Shown one piece after another: positions 1-9,896 of a stretch of 64,000 nt of DNA. The stretch covers positions 30,058 to 94,057 of the forward strand of contig JAKSTZ010000004.1 of the NCBI GenBank assembly GCA_024402335.1, read 5' to 3'. Source of the stretch: Bacteroidales bacterium. Its GTDB lineage: Bacteria; Bacteroidota; Bacteroidia; Bacteroidales; UBA1715. A model generated the notes under the pieces. That model was given only the letters and a program-made list of their open reading frames with translations, was not told where the DNA came from and searched no databases. A program made the position numbers and the translations under genes. Each line of letters begins with the position of its first letter. Positions within the stretch are counted from its first letter, which is position 1.

Positions 1-92
1 TTCAATGTAAAATTCAGGATTTAGAAATTAGAGGAGTAAAGAGAAAGACATTTTTCCACTTTTGAATTTACCTTTCTTTACTCAACTCTTAT

Positions 93-100
93 TATTTTTG
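93..100 (+). promoter_or_regulatory. Bacteroidota -7 box (TATTTTTG)
   Basis: Matches TAnnTTTG, 18 nt upstream of the ATG at 118. Confidence 0.45.
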
Positions 101-117
101 TAACAAATTCAAGCAAG

Positions 118-2031
118 ATGAAAAGACCTCAGATAAATCATTATCTTCTCTTTATATACCGAATAATCGTTGTTTACGTTCTTCTTAGCATAACTCGCAT
201 TGCTTTTTACGCATACAACTCTAGTCTGTTTCCAGAAGTAACTTTTGGAGAACTATTAACCATATTCAAAGGCGGACTAAAATTTGACACAACTACAATC
301 ATCTATCTAAACATCGTATTTATTGTAATGAACATTCTTCCTTTTCGGTTCATCTACAATACGTTATATCAAAAAATAGCAAAGATAATTTACATTGTCA
401 CAAACAGCATCGGACTATTAGGGAACGTTGCCGACACTATTTATTATCAATTCACTCTAAAACGGACAACTTCGCTTGTCATTTCTCAGTTCTCAAACGA
501 AGAAAACCTTCTCTCTTTATTCGGACAATTTATTATTCAATGGTGGTACGCTACCCTATTTTTCATCGTTCTTGTTGCTCTACTAATTTTTTTATATGAC
601 AGATTCTGCGAAAAGCAACCATCGGTAAACAATCTTGCATTCTACGGAACCGCTATTCCTGCTCTTTGCATTGTTTTATTTTTATGTTTTGGCGGCGTAC
701 GTGGCGGATTCCGACATAGCACACGGCCTATATCTCCATCTGATGCCGGAGAATATGTTACAGAACCAAGTCAAATGGCAATAGTTCAAAACACTCCATT
801 TACTTTTCTTCGAACAATCGGCAAATCTGGACTAAAACCAATAAAATACTTTGACGGAAACGAGACAGAAAAATATTTCTCACCATATCACCTTGTTTCT
901 TCAAAAGAGAATATGAAGAACTGTAACGTCGTTATTATAATTCTTGAAAGCTGGGGACGGGAATATGTAGGTTTTCTTAACAAAGACATCCCTAACTACA
1001 ATGGTTACACTCCATTTATGGATTCTCTAATGGAACATAGCCTTGTATTTAAATACGCATACGCCAACGGTAGAAAATCAATAGACGCTATACCGTCTGT
1101 TGTTGCAGGTATTCCGTACGTAAAAGTTCCATATGTTCTTTCACATTACTCAAGCAATAAAACTTGTAGTTTGGCAAAATATTTAGGTGAACAGGGGTAC
1201 TACACTGCTTTTTTCCATGGAGCTCCAAATGGATCAATGGGATTTCAATCATTTGCCAATCTTGTTGGATATGACGACTATTTCGGCAAAAACGAATATA
1301 ACAATGACGCCGATTTTGATGGAACTTGGGGTATTTGGGATGAAGAATTTTTCCACTTTTTTGCCGAAAAAATGAATTCTTTCAAACAACCATTCTTCAC
1401 AAGCATATTTTCACTCTCATCGCATCATCCATTTAAAGTACCTGAAAGATACGAAGGTGTTTTCCCTGAAGGTCCACTTCCGGTACATAAATGTATCGGC
1501 TACACCGACAATGCTTTACGACAGTTTTTTAACTATGCGAAAACTATGCCTTGGTATGACAACACATTATTTGTTATTTCTGCGGATCATGCTTCTGTTG
1601 CACATTTAGAAGAATACAAAAACACACCTGGAGCATTTGCTATTCCTATTGTTTTCTACAAGCCTGACAATTCCCTACAAAAACTTGATACAACCACAAT
1701 AGCGCAACAAACAGACATTTTACCATCTGTTTTGTCATATTTAAATTATCCGCAAGATTATTTTGCCTTTGGCAAGAATGTATTCGACACGACTAAACAA
1801 CAAATGGCTATCAACTATACGAATGAAAACTTCCAATGTTTCTACAAAGATTTCGTAATACAGTTTGACGAAAAGAAATCCATAAACCTTTATAACTTCA
1901 AGAAAGACAGACTATTCAAGACAAATCTTTTAGACACTGGACTTCCTGAACAAGAAGAAATGGAAAACTACACAAAAGCATTTATACAAGAATACACCAA
2001 CAGAATGATTAACGATAAAATGTGTGAGTAG
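118..2031 (+). CDS. LTA synthase / sulfatase-superfamily membrane protein (phosphoglycerol-transferase-like)
   Basis: 637-aa ORF. The N-terminal third has several hydrophobic helices, followed by a soluble alkaline-phosphatase/sulfatase-like domain (VIIILESWGREY, SADHAS). A TAnnTTTG box lies at 93-100. Confidence 0.75.
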   Translation: MKRPQINHYLLFIYRIIVVYVLLSITRIAFYAYNSSLFPEVTFGELLTIFKGGLKFDTTTIIYLNIVFIVMNILPFRFIYNTLYQKIAKIIYIVTNSIGLLGNVADTIYYQFTLKRTTSLVISQFSNEENLLSLFGQFIIQWWYATLFFIVLVALLIFLYDRFCEKQPSVNNLAFYGTAIPALCIVLFLCFGGVRGGFRHSTRPISPSDAGEYVTEPSQMAIVQNTPFTFLRTIGKSGLKPIKYFDGNETEKYFSPYHLVSSKENMKNCNVVIIILESWGREYVGFLNKDIPNYNGYTPFMDSLMEHSLVFKYAYANGRKSIDAIPSVVAGIPYVKVPYVLSHYSSNKTCSLAKYLGEQGYYTAFFHGAPNGSMGFQSFANLVGYDDYFGKNEYNNDADFDGTWGIWDEEFFHFFAEKMNSFKQPFFTSIFSLSSHHPFKVPERYEGVFPEGPLPVHKCIGYTDNALRQFFNYAKTMPWYDNTLFVISADHASVAHLEEYKNTPGAFAIPIVFYKPDNSLQKLDTTTIAQQTDILPSVLSYLNYPQDYFAFGKNVFDTTKQQMAINYTNENFQCFYKDFVIQFDEKKSINLYNFKKDRLFKTNLLDTGLPEQEEMENYTKAFIQEYTNRMINDKMCE

Positions 2032-2053
2032 TTTAATAACAACAACATTTGAT

Positions 2054-2061
2054 TACTTTTG
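2054..2061 (+). promoter_or_regulatory. Bacteroidota -7 box (TACTTTTG) for metH
   Basis: Matches TAnnTTTG, 16 nt upstream of the ATG at 2077. Confidence 0.45.
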
Positions 2062-2076
2062 CGCAAAACTAAAACT

Positions 2077-5000
2077 ATGATTACAAAACAAGCTTTCAAA
2101 GATATTCTAGCAAAACGTATCCTCGTACTTGACGGTGCTACAGGAACCATGATACAACGATTTAATCTTCAAGAAGATGACTATCGAGGAACTCGTTTTG
2201 CCGATCATCCATTCCTATTGAAAGGGAACAACGACCTTCTTTGTCTTACCAAACCTGAAGTCGTTCGCGAAATTCATACTAAATATCTTGAAGCAGGAGC
2301 CGATATAATCGAAACTAATACTTTTAATGCAAATAGAATCTCGCAAGCTGACTACAATCTGCAAGATCTAGTTGTAGAAATGAATACCGCAGCCGTTTCT
2401 ATTGCACGTAAAGTTGCCGACGAATTCACGGCTAAGAATCCTGAAAAACCTCGTTTTGTTTGTGCTTCTATAGGACCAACGAATAAAACTGCCTCAATGT
2501 CTCCTGATGTAAATAATCCTGCATTTCGGGCAGTTACATTCGACTATCTTGTAGAGATTTACGGAGAACAAGTTGAAGCAATGCTTAAAGCTGGCGCAGA
2601 CCTACTTTTAGTTGAAACCTCATTTGATACATTGAATGTAAAAGCATGTCTATATGCTATAGAAAACATACAAACAAAATTAGGAACAGATGCGCCTGTA
2701 TTAGTTTCCTTCACTATTGCCGACGCAAGTGGTCGTATACTTGCCGGACAAACTATAGAAGCTTGCATACGTTCTATCACTCATTCAAACATTCTAAGTA
2801 TCGGTTTGAACTGTTCTCTTGGAGCAAAAGAATTAACTCCTTTCGTAAAAGAACTTGCCGAAAAATCGCCTGTACTCGTTACGGCGCACCCTAATGCCGG
2901 CTTACCTAACCAATTTGGCAAATACGATCAAACGCCAGAGATTATGGTGGAAATGGTTCGACCATATCTGGAAAATTCGTATTTGAATATTATCGGAGGA
3001 TGCTGCGGAACAACTGACGATCACATACGTGAGATTGCAAAAATCGTTGGGAACTACGAACCTCGTCCTATTCCAAAGCCTACGCATACAATGTACCTTA
3101 GTGGTTTAGAACCACTTACCGTAGAAAAAGACAAGAACTTCATAAATATTGGAGAACGTACAAATGTTGCCGGTTCTGCAAAATTTGCCCGTTTAATTCG
3201 TGAGAAAAACTACGAAGAAGCTCTATCTATTGCACGTACACAGGTAGAAAACGGTGCACAAATCATAGACGTGAATCTTGACGACGCCATGCTTGATTCA
3301 AAAGAAGAGATGATTCACTTCTTAAACCTACTTGCTTCAGAACCAGAGATTTCCCGCGTACCAATTATGATTGATTCATCGAAATGGGAAGTTTTGGAAG
3401 CCGGACTAAAATGTGTACAAGGAAAGTGCTTGATAAACTCTCTTAGTTTGAAAGAGGGAGAAGAAATCTTCCTGACTAAAGCAGCAAAAGTAAAACGATA
3501 TGGTGCTGCTCTTGTCGTTATGGCCTTTGACGAAACTGGACAAGCTGATACATACGAAAGAAAAATTTCTGTCTGCAAAAGAGCATACGATTTACTACTT
3601 TCCATTGGTTTCCCTCCAGAAGATATCGTATTCGACACCAACGTGTTAACAATTGCCACTGGTATTGCCGAACATGACAATTATGCTAAGGATTTCATAG
3701 AATCCGTACGCTGGATAAAGCAAAATTTACCATACGCCAAAACAAGTGGTGGTATTAGTAATGTGTCATTCTCTTTCCGCGGAAACAATACCGTTCGCGA
3801 AGCAATGCACTCTATATTTTTATACCACGCTATTAAAGCAGGACTTGATATGGGAATCGTAAACCCTGGACTACTACAAGTTTACGATGAAATTGAGCCA
3901 GAGCTTCGTGATAAAATAGAAAAGGTTGTACTAAATACTAGTTCAACTGCAGCAGAGGAATTGGTTGAATATGCGAGCACCATCAAACAAAACGAAACCA
4001 CAACAGTTAAACACGATGATTGGAGAAACGCTCCTGTTGAACGTCGACTGGCTTATGCACTATTAAAAGGCTTGCCTGAACATCTTGAAGAAGATTTAGA
4101 AGAAGCTCGTCAAAAATATCCTTCTTCGCTAACAATTATAGAAGGTCCACTTATGGGCGGTATGAGTGAAATAGGTACACTTTTCGGACAAGGAAAGATG
4201 TTTCTACCTCAAGTTGTGAAGTCAGCTCGTACGATGAAAAAAGCTGTTTCCATACTCGAGCCATACATTGAACAAGAAAAGCAACAATCTAAAGCTGCTT
4301 CTGCCGGAAAAATATTATTGGCAACAGTAAAAGGCGATGTTCACGATATCGGTAAAAATATTGTCGGTGTTGTACTTGCCTGCAACAATTTCGAAGTAAT
4401 AGATTTAGGCGTTATGTGCCCAACGGAACAAATCATTGATGCAGCAGTAGAAAATAATGTGGATTTCATTGGATTAAGCGGTTTAATTACACCATCACTT
4501 GAAGAGATGCAAAATGTTGCCGCAGAATTAGAACGCCGTCATTTACAAATACCGCTACTTATTGGCGGGGCAACAACATCAAAAGTACATACTGCGGTAA
4601 AAATCGCTCCATTGTATTCTGCCCCAGTCGTTTACGTTAGTGACGCATCAAAAGATGCTGGAGTATGTGCCGCTCTTTTATCAAAAAACAGACAAACATA
4701 TATCAACGAATTAAATCGTGAATATGAATTAATTAGAAGACTTTATCTAAATAGAAACGTTAATGATATTCTTCCACTTTCCGATGCTCGTGAAAATAAA
4801 TTTGTCTTCGAACTCGACAAAGCTGATATTGTAAAGCCTACATTTATTGGTAATAAAACCATTACAGATATTACAGTAGAAGAAATTTCCAACTATATAG
4901 ATTGGTCATTTTTCTTTAGCGCCTGGGGTATGAACGGTATTGCCTACCCTGCAATTTTAACAGATGAAAAACGTGGCGCCGAAGCCACTGTACTATTTGA

Positions 5001-5694
5001 AGACGCACAAAAAATGTTACAGAAAATCATCTCCGAAAAACTTCTTTCTCCAAAAGCAGTAATAGGATTCTATCCTGCAAATTCAATTGGAGACGATATA
5101 GAGATATATAACAACGACCATACACAAAATATAGGAACTGTGTATAATTACCGCCAGCAGACTCTACAACCTAACGGCAACCCAAATCTTTGTCTTTCAG
5201 ACTTTATAGCACCTAAAGGCACTAAAATAGATTTTATCGGATTGTTTGCCTTAACCGCAGGACTTGAAGTTGATGCACTTGCAGAGAAATACAAAACCAA
5301 CGGTGACGATTATTCTTCTATGCTTGTACGCACATTAGCCGACAGAATTGCCGAAGCATTTTGCGAAAAACTACATTATACTGTAAGACAATCACTTTGG
5401 GGATATGCGCCTAATGAAACTGAAAATGTGGAACAAATTCTTAAAACAAACTACCGCGGACGTCGTATGGCAATTGGATACCCTTCTTGTCCGGACCATT
5501 CACAAAAACAAACAATATTCAACATATTGAATGCTACAAAAGAAATTGGCGTTACAATGACAGAATCTTATATGATGCGCCCTGTTTCATCTGTCTGCGG
5601 GCTATTCTTTGCACACCCAGAAATACAATATTTCGGAGTTGGTGAAATTAGCAAGGAACAAGAAAAAAATTATTCAGAAAGGAAGAGCCACTAA
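2077..5694 (+). CDS. metH: Cobalamin-dependent methionine synthase
   Basis: About 1205 aa with Hcy-binding, pterin-binding, B12-binding (GDVHDIGKNIVG = DxHxxG) and AdoMet-activation regions. The ATG at 2077 is preferred over the track's TTG at 2059 because 2054-2061 is a TAnnTTTG promoter box. Confidence 0.95.
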   Translation: MITKQAFKDILAKRILVLDGATGTMIQRFNLQEDDYRGTRFADHPFLLKGNNDLLCLTKPEVVREIHTKYLEAGADIIETNTFNANRISQADYNLQDLVVEMNTAAVSIARKVADEFTAKNPEKPRFVCASIGPTNKTASMSPDVNNPAFRAVTFDYLVEIYGEQVEAMLKAGADLLLVETSFDTLNVKACLYAIENIQTKLGTDAPVLVSFTIADASGRILAGQTIEACIRSITHSNILSIGLNCSLGAKELTPFVKELAEKSPVLVTAHPNAGLPNQFGKYDQTPEIMVEMVRPYLENSYLNIIGGCCGTTDDHIREIAKIVGNYEPRPIPKPTHTMYLSGLEPLTVEKDKNFINIGERTNVAGSAKFARLIREKNYEEALSIARTQVENGAQIIDVNLDDAMLDSKEEMIHFLNLLASEPEISRVPIMIDSSKWEVLEAGLKCVQGKCLINSLSLKEGEEIFLTKAAKVKRYGAALVVMAFDETGQADTYERKISVCKRAYDLLLSIGFPPEDIVFDTNVLTIATGIAEHDNYAKDFIESVRWIKQNLPYAKTSGGISNVSFSFRGNNTVREAMHSIFLYHAIKAGLDMGIVNPGLLQVYDEIEPELRDKIEKVVLNTSSTAAEELVEYASTIKQNETTTVKHDDWRNAPVERRLAYALLKGLPEHLEEDLEEARQKYPSSLTIIEGPLMGGMSEIGTLFGQGKMFLPQVVKSARTMKKAVSILEPYIEQEKQQSKAASAGKILLATVKGDVHDIGKNIVGVVLACNNFEVIDLGVMCPTEQIIDAAVENNVDFIGLSGLITPSLEEMQNVAAELERRHLQIPLLIGGATTSKVHTAVKIAPLYSAPVVYVSDASKDAGVCAALLSKNRQTYINELNREYELIRRLYLNRNVNDILPLSDARENKFVFELDKADIVKPTFIGNKTITDITVEEISNYIDWSFFFSAWGMNGIAYPAILTDEKRGAEATVLFEDAQKMLQKIISEKLLSPKAVIGFYPANSIGDDIEIYNNDHTQNIGTVYNYRQQTLQPNGNPNLCLSDFIAPKGTKIDFIGLFALTAGLEVDALAEKYKTNGDDYSSMLVRTLADRIAEAFCEKLHYTVRQSLWGYAPNETENVEQILKTNYRGRRMAIGYPSCPDHSQKQTIFNILNATKEIGVTMTESYMMRPVSSVCGLFFAHPEIQYFGVGEISKEQEKNYSERKSH

Positions 5695-5720
5695 TAGAGA
5701 CGCGATTAATCGCGTCTCTA
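5695..5720. terminator. Bidirectional hairpin between convergent metH and the deacetylase gene (perfect 26-nt palindrome TAGAGACGCGATTAATCGCGTCTCTA)
   Basis: 13-nt arms. It starts immediately after the metH TAA, and the deacetylase stop is at 5729. Confidence 0.7.
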
Positions 5721-5728
5721 CATATAAA

Positions 5729-6859
5729 TTATTTTTCCAATCGTATTACTCCAGCATTCGGAATTGCATCAAACATTATATATGTATCTGTTTGATTAGC
5801 AATTGGTAATTCCATTCCATTTTGAGTAATGCTTTTATAGTTATCTAATGCTGATTTAAAAACTACAACGGAGATTGGAATTAAATCTTTTTGGAGTACA
5901 ATATGAAGCAACGATGTATCTGTAACTTGCAATGACAAATCAACGTATTTCTTTGTTGATTTTTTTATTTTCAATGTTGCATTGTTTGCCTCACGATGAT
6001 ACAAGATTGCATTTCTAAAAGTTGTTACCCAAACCTTTTTTTGCTCTTTCAACTTCTGCAAATAAGCCAATTGATCGCAAAACGACTGTAGTTTCACTTG
6101 AGCATACCAATTGTCATTATAAGAATTTTGTTCGTCATCAATACTGTGATACAAAAGCGTCAACAGACCTCCACCAGAGGCTATTTTATCGAACTCAGAA
6201 CACACTTCTTCGGTAGTTGTTTGTTCGGTTAAGGCAAACATCTGAATTCTATAATAATCGTCTTCAGAATTTGCGAAGGAGTACCCATAATTTGAAATTC
6301 TCCATACACTTCGTGCTGCAATATGTCCACCGGCACGAAGATAATCTCGTACACGCTTGTCGTCTTCTGTATCGCCAGCACCCGCGCCATACGGATACGC
6401 GAGTGTATTCACATTTGTTCCGACATGCTCCCGTATTACCTCTTGTGGCTCTGTTGTTTCACGAGCAAGTTCTCCTATAGGCAATTTTGTTAAATCCGGA
6501 TGACTAATAGTATGATTGCCTATCTCATTTCCCTGTTCCAATGTTTTTTGTATTGCTGCCCACGAATAATCATAGCGTTCAATATTGTTCAGAATAGGGA
6601 AAAAAGTTCCTACCAGACCATATTTCTGCAATGCAGGAACCACAAGTGGATATTGCCCAGGAGACCAATCATCAAATGTTAAAGCTACCGCAGAATTTCG
6701 TCCATCTTTCCAACAACAAATACCGGCCCTAATTTCATTGTTTTGTTGTTCTAAAGCAGTTTGATTTTCGAACAAAACTGTACCGAATCTATTCGATTGT
6801 GCGTGTATCATACAAGTAAACAGTATAAATATCAAAAACAAGAAAAGTCTTTTAGTCAT
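5729..6859 (-). CDS. Polysaccharide deacetylase (NodB/CE4 family), secreted
   Basis: NodB motifs TFDDW and HTISHP, plus a signal peptide (KRLFLFLIFILFTCMIHAQ). The start was chosen at MTKRL; the upstream in-frame ATGs lie inside the acidic tail coding of the preceding gene. Confidence 0.8.
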   Translation of the reverse strand: MTKRLFLFLIFILFTCMIHAQSNRFGTVLFENQTALEQQNNEIRAGICCWKDGRNSAVALTFDDWSPGQYPLVVPALQKYGLVGTFFPILNNIERYDYSWAAIQKTLEQGNEIGNHTISHPDLTKLPIGELARETTEPQEVIREHVGTNVNTLAYPYGAGAGDTEDDKRVRDYLRAGGHIAARSVWRISNYGYSFANSEDDYYRIQMFALTEQTTTEEVCSEFDKIASGGGLLTLLYHSIDDEQNSYNDNWYAQVKLQSFCDQLAYLQKLKEQKKVWVTTFRNAILYHREANNATLKIKKSTKKYVDLSLQVTDTSLLHIVLQKDLIPISVVVFKSALDNYKSITQNGMELPIANQTDTYIMFDAIPNAGVIRLEK

Positions 6860-7880
6860 CGTAGTCGTCATAGTCATCGTCATCAGAATCTTTTGATTTC
6901 TTTTCCTTTTTAGGTTTTGCTGTTTTTTCCTTCTTTGTTTTTTCAGACTTAGCCTTCACTTCTTCGTCATCATAATCATCGTCGTAGGATTCTTCAGATT
7001 TCTTTACAGATTCTTTCTTCTTTTTATCTTTAGAATCTTCTTTCATAACAGGTTTCGCAACCTCGTCATGATCAGCACTTTCCGAATCCGCTTCATATTC
7101 ATCGGCAAAATCATCTACATTCTCTTTATGTTTTTTCTTTTCCTTTTCGGCAAGAGCAGCGGCTGCGGCAGCCTTTTCTGCTTCAATATCCTCGGGATCT
7201 TTATTGTAATCGGCATATTTGCCTTCAGTATCCTTTAATAAATAATTTTCCAATTTCAAATATTCACTCGGATCGTAAGGTTTTGCTGTAGGTGGAGCTT
7301 TTATCTCTTCCTGTACTTTGAATGTTCGTTTTCGTATTAAAGTACTTGGAATCATTCGTTTAGCTCGAGTTTTTGTTTCATAAACCGACCAAGCCTTCAT
7401 ATCTGCCCACACAGCATTACACCAATCTTCCACTTCCATGCACTTTCCAGAAGGAACCTTATCATAATCCATAATACGACCAAACGAATTGGTACCATAT
7501 TCCGAAAATCGTGCTTCATGTAGAAAATTTGTAAATTTTGTCACGATTATAGAATCCTGAATGCTAACTTCAATGCTAAAAACAATACTTCCCTTTGTTT
7601 TTTCAGCTGCATGTGAAGACAAATATATATCAGGAATCTGCACATGATTGGAATACGGAAAATAACCTTTTCCTTTGAATATCATCTCCTTACGATTTTT
7701 CGCAACCAATCGTTGACCTTTTTCATCCTTAAACCAATGGTCGATATTTCGCATCAAACGAATTCGACTTGTTCCATGACGAATAGGAATCGTATCATAC
7801 ACCATAAAAGCCTGGGAGAAAGCACTATACGAAAGGCTACAAAGCCACAACAATATGCATATAACCAAACTCTTTCGCAT
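6852..7880 (-). CDS. Secreted hypothetical protein with a ~140-aa Lys/Asp/Glu-rich disordered C-terminal tail (N-terminal domain possibly DUF4468-like)
   Basis: Signal peptide MRKSLVICILLWLCSLSYSAFSQ. The tail contains KKKESVKKSEESYDDDYDDEE...DDDDYDDYDD. The start was moved to the ATG at 7880. Confidence 0.7.
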   Translation of the reverse strand: MRKSLVICILLWLCSLSYSAFSQAFMVYDTIPIRHGTSRIRLMRNIDHWFKDEKGQRLVAKNRKEMIFKGKGYFPYSNHVQIPDIYLSSHAAEKTKGSIVFSIEVSIQDSIIVTKFTNFLHEARFSEYGTNSFGRIMDYDKVPSGKCMEVEDWCNAVWADMKAWSVYETKTRAKRMIPSTLIRKRTFKVQEEIKAPPTAKPYDPSEYLKLENYLLKDTEGKYADYNKDPEDIEAEKAAAAAALAEKEKKKHKENVDDFADEYEADSESADHDEVAKPVMKEDSKDKKKKESVKKSEESYDDDYDDEEVKAKSEKTKKEKTAKPKKEKKSKDSDDDDYDDYDD

Positions 7881-7909
7881 AGCTTTTATTTTACAAAACG
7901 AATGCAATA

Positions 7910-8605
7910 CTATTTTATTGAACAATCAACAAGTTTATATGTTGTAATTGTTCCTTTTGTGATTCTTTCCTCTATCGGATCATTCAAATCTATAGGAGCA
8001 TGATTCGGTTGAGACTCTACATCTATATTTTTACGATAAACCAAACCAATATTTTTTGCATATCGTTCCTCTGCATGCTGGTAAGAATACAACGACTTAA
8101 AATCTTGCTGCAAAACAAAAAGAACAGAATCTGTTTCCGTTATTGCATCGTATTCATTTATACCAACATAATATATTTCTTGTTTTAATAAAGAATTATA
8201 AGCATTCAAATCCCAAGTAAAAGTTGTTTTTGGAGGAAATTTTAGCACAAGATATGGAACATTATCTTCTACCCGGACTATTTGATGATCATATTGTTGG
8301 ACACTTCCTGAAGTATAAGGACGCCACACACCATCGTTTGCATCTTTTTTTTCAGTTTGAATCGCATACACTTTACAAGAATTTGTATCTGCAATACATT
8401 CCATAACTGTTTCACGAAGTTGAAAATATGCAGTATCCTGTATGCCTGTAGGTATATCTATTCGTATAGAAACACAATCGTATGTACGTGTACTACCAAT
8501 AGTTAACGGATAATAGTCCGTCCATTGCACAAATGGCTGTACATCAGTCTTCTTACAAGACAAAACAAGACAAAACAGCAAACAATATACAAGAATTCGT
8601 TTCAT
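7910..8605 (-). CDS. Hypothetical lipoprotein
   Basis: Lipobox-like N-terminus MKRILVYCLLFCLVLSC. No recognisable catalytic motif. Confidence 0.7.
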   Translation of the reverse strand: MKRILVYCLLFCLVLSCKKTDVQPFVQWTDYYPLTIGSTRTYDCVSIRIDIPTGIQDTAYFQLRETVMECIADTNSCKVYAIQTEKKDANDGVWRPYTSGSVQQYDHQIVRVEDNVPYLVLKFPPKTTFTWDLNAYNSLLKQEIYYVGINEYDAITETDSVLFVLQQDFKSLYSYQHAEERYAKNIGLVYRKNIDVESQPNHAPIDLNDPIEERITKGTITTYKLVDCSIK

Positions 8606-8651
8606 AATCTTTAGAAGAAATCAAATGTACAAAATTCCCCAAAAATGACAT

Positions 8652-9896
8652 TTATTTCTTTGTCATAAACGACAAATCATCCCAGAAACCTGGATATGAT
8701 TTTGCAACACATTCTGGATTCTCAACCTCTACCGGTTCTGTTGCCAACAACGCAGCAACAGCACCTGCCATAGCAATTCTATGATCATTATTAGCGTGCA
8801 TCATTCCTCCACGTAGTGTACCGCCATACACAAACATTTCGTCGTCTGTACATTCTATACGAGTACCCAATTTCGCAAATTCTTTTTGAAGAACCAATGC
8901 ACGGTTACTTTCCTTATGGGCAAGACGGGAAACACCCTTTATTTTAGTAACACCGTTACAATGGGCTGCAAGAGACACTAATGGTGGGAATAAATCCGGA
9001 CACTCTGTAGCATCAAATTCAAATGCATTTAATGCATTTGAACTAACAGATATCTCATTGTCACCCAAAACAATATTAGCACCTACTTTTTGTAATGCTT
9101 CAACTATAGCTTTATCAGCTTGACAGGAAGACATTGAAATATTTTTTACCGTAACATTTCCTCGTAAAGCTCCTGCTACAAGCAAAAAAGAAGCACCACT
9201 CCAATCACCTTCCACCACAAAATCCTGAGCTTTATACGTCTGTCCGGCAGGAATTCGGAAAGTCACATATTCCTCTCGTTCCACTTTTACTCCAAACTTA
9301 CGCATCATATCTACAGTGATATCGATATATGGTTTGCTTTTTAAGTCTTTTACCTGAAGAACGACATCTTTTTTTGCATACGGAGCAGCTATCAACAAAC
9401 CGGTTAGAATTTGCGAGCTCAAAGAACCATCTACTTCGGCATTTCCACCAACCATAGGTCCACAAACTTGTACTGGAACAAAACCGTTATTCGTTTCTAT
9501 TTTCACACCCAACTGACGTAATGGAGCTTCTAAAACAGAAACAGGACGAGTTTTCAAAGAACCTTCACCTTGCAATGTTATAGGTTCTTTCCACAAAGAA
9601 GCGACCGGCGTGAACATACGAATTCCTAACCCTGCCTCGCCACAATTCAATTCGTTTGTTTTTGGATTTAGACCACCATCTATTGTTACATCTTCACCTA
9701 AAACAGTTACTGTAGAGCCAAGATTATCAGCGATTTTCAACGCTGCATCACTATCATTACTTGAAGAATAGCCATGCAAATGTGAAACACCTTGAGCCAA
9801 TGCAGCAATCGCAATTGCACGCTGCATAACACTCTTTGACGCAGGAGGAATTATTGTCCCCTGTACTTCGGTTGGATATATTATTTTGTTCCCCAT
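8652..9896 (-). CDS. aroA: 3-phosphoshikimate 1-carboxyvinyltransferase (EPSP synthase)
   Basis: 414 aa with typical EPSPS sequence (PPASKSVMQRAIAIAAL, LKTRP, HNDHRIAMA). The start overlaps the stop of the upstream gene by 16 nt. Confidence 0.95.
   Translation of the reverse strand: MGNKIIYPTEVQGTIIPPASKSVMQRAIAIAALAQGVSHLHGYSSSNDSDAALKIADNLGSTVTVLGEDVTIDGGLNPKTNELNCGEAGLGIRMFTPVASLWKEPITLQGEGSLKTRPVSVLEAPLRQLGVKIETNNGFVPVQVCGPMVGGNAEVDGSLSSQILTGLLIAAPYAKKDVVLQVKDLKSKPYIDITVDMMRKFGVKVEREEYVTFRIPAGQTYKAQDFVVEGDWSGASFLLVAGALRGNVTVKNISMSSCQADKAIVEALQKVGANIVLGDNEISVSSNALNAFEFDATECPDLFPPLVSLAAHCNGVTKIKGVSRLAHKESNRALVLQKEFAKLGTRIECTDDEMFVYGGTLRGGMMHANNDHRIAMAGAVAALLATEPVEVENPECVAKSYPGFWDDLSFMTKK

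Noticed and set aside
34-85. Imperfect inverted repeat GAGTAAAGAGAAAG...CTTTCTTTACTC at the left edge of the window.
   Set aside because: It could be the terminator of a gene upstream of the window. The arms are imperfect, the loop is long, and the context is cut off, so it is not reportable as a feature.
2059-2076. N-terminal extensions in the ORF track that use TTG or GTG starts (metH 2059, atpB 21633, pepP 27112, greA 31218, HIT 31708, lysA-like 35843, nuclease 44741, GH16 44745, 43830, 55883, 7925, 6883).
   Set aside because: In each case a downstream ATG gives a canonical N-terminus or signal peptide. The extension overlaps a promoter box, a terminator or the preceding gene.
2032-2076. 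Possible cobalamin riboswitch upstream of metH.
   Set aside because: The intergenic space is only ~45 nt and is occupied by a -7 box, which is far too short for a B12 riboswitch.
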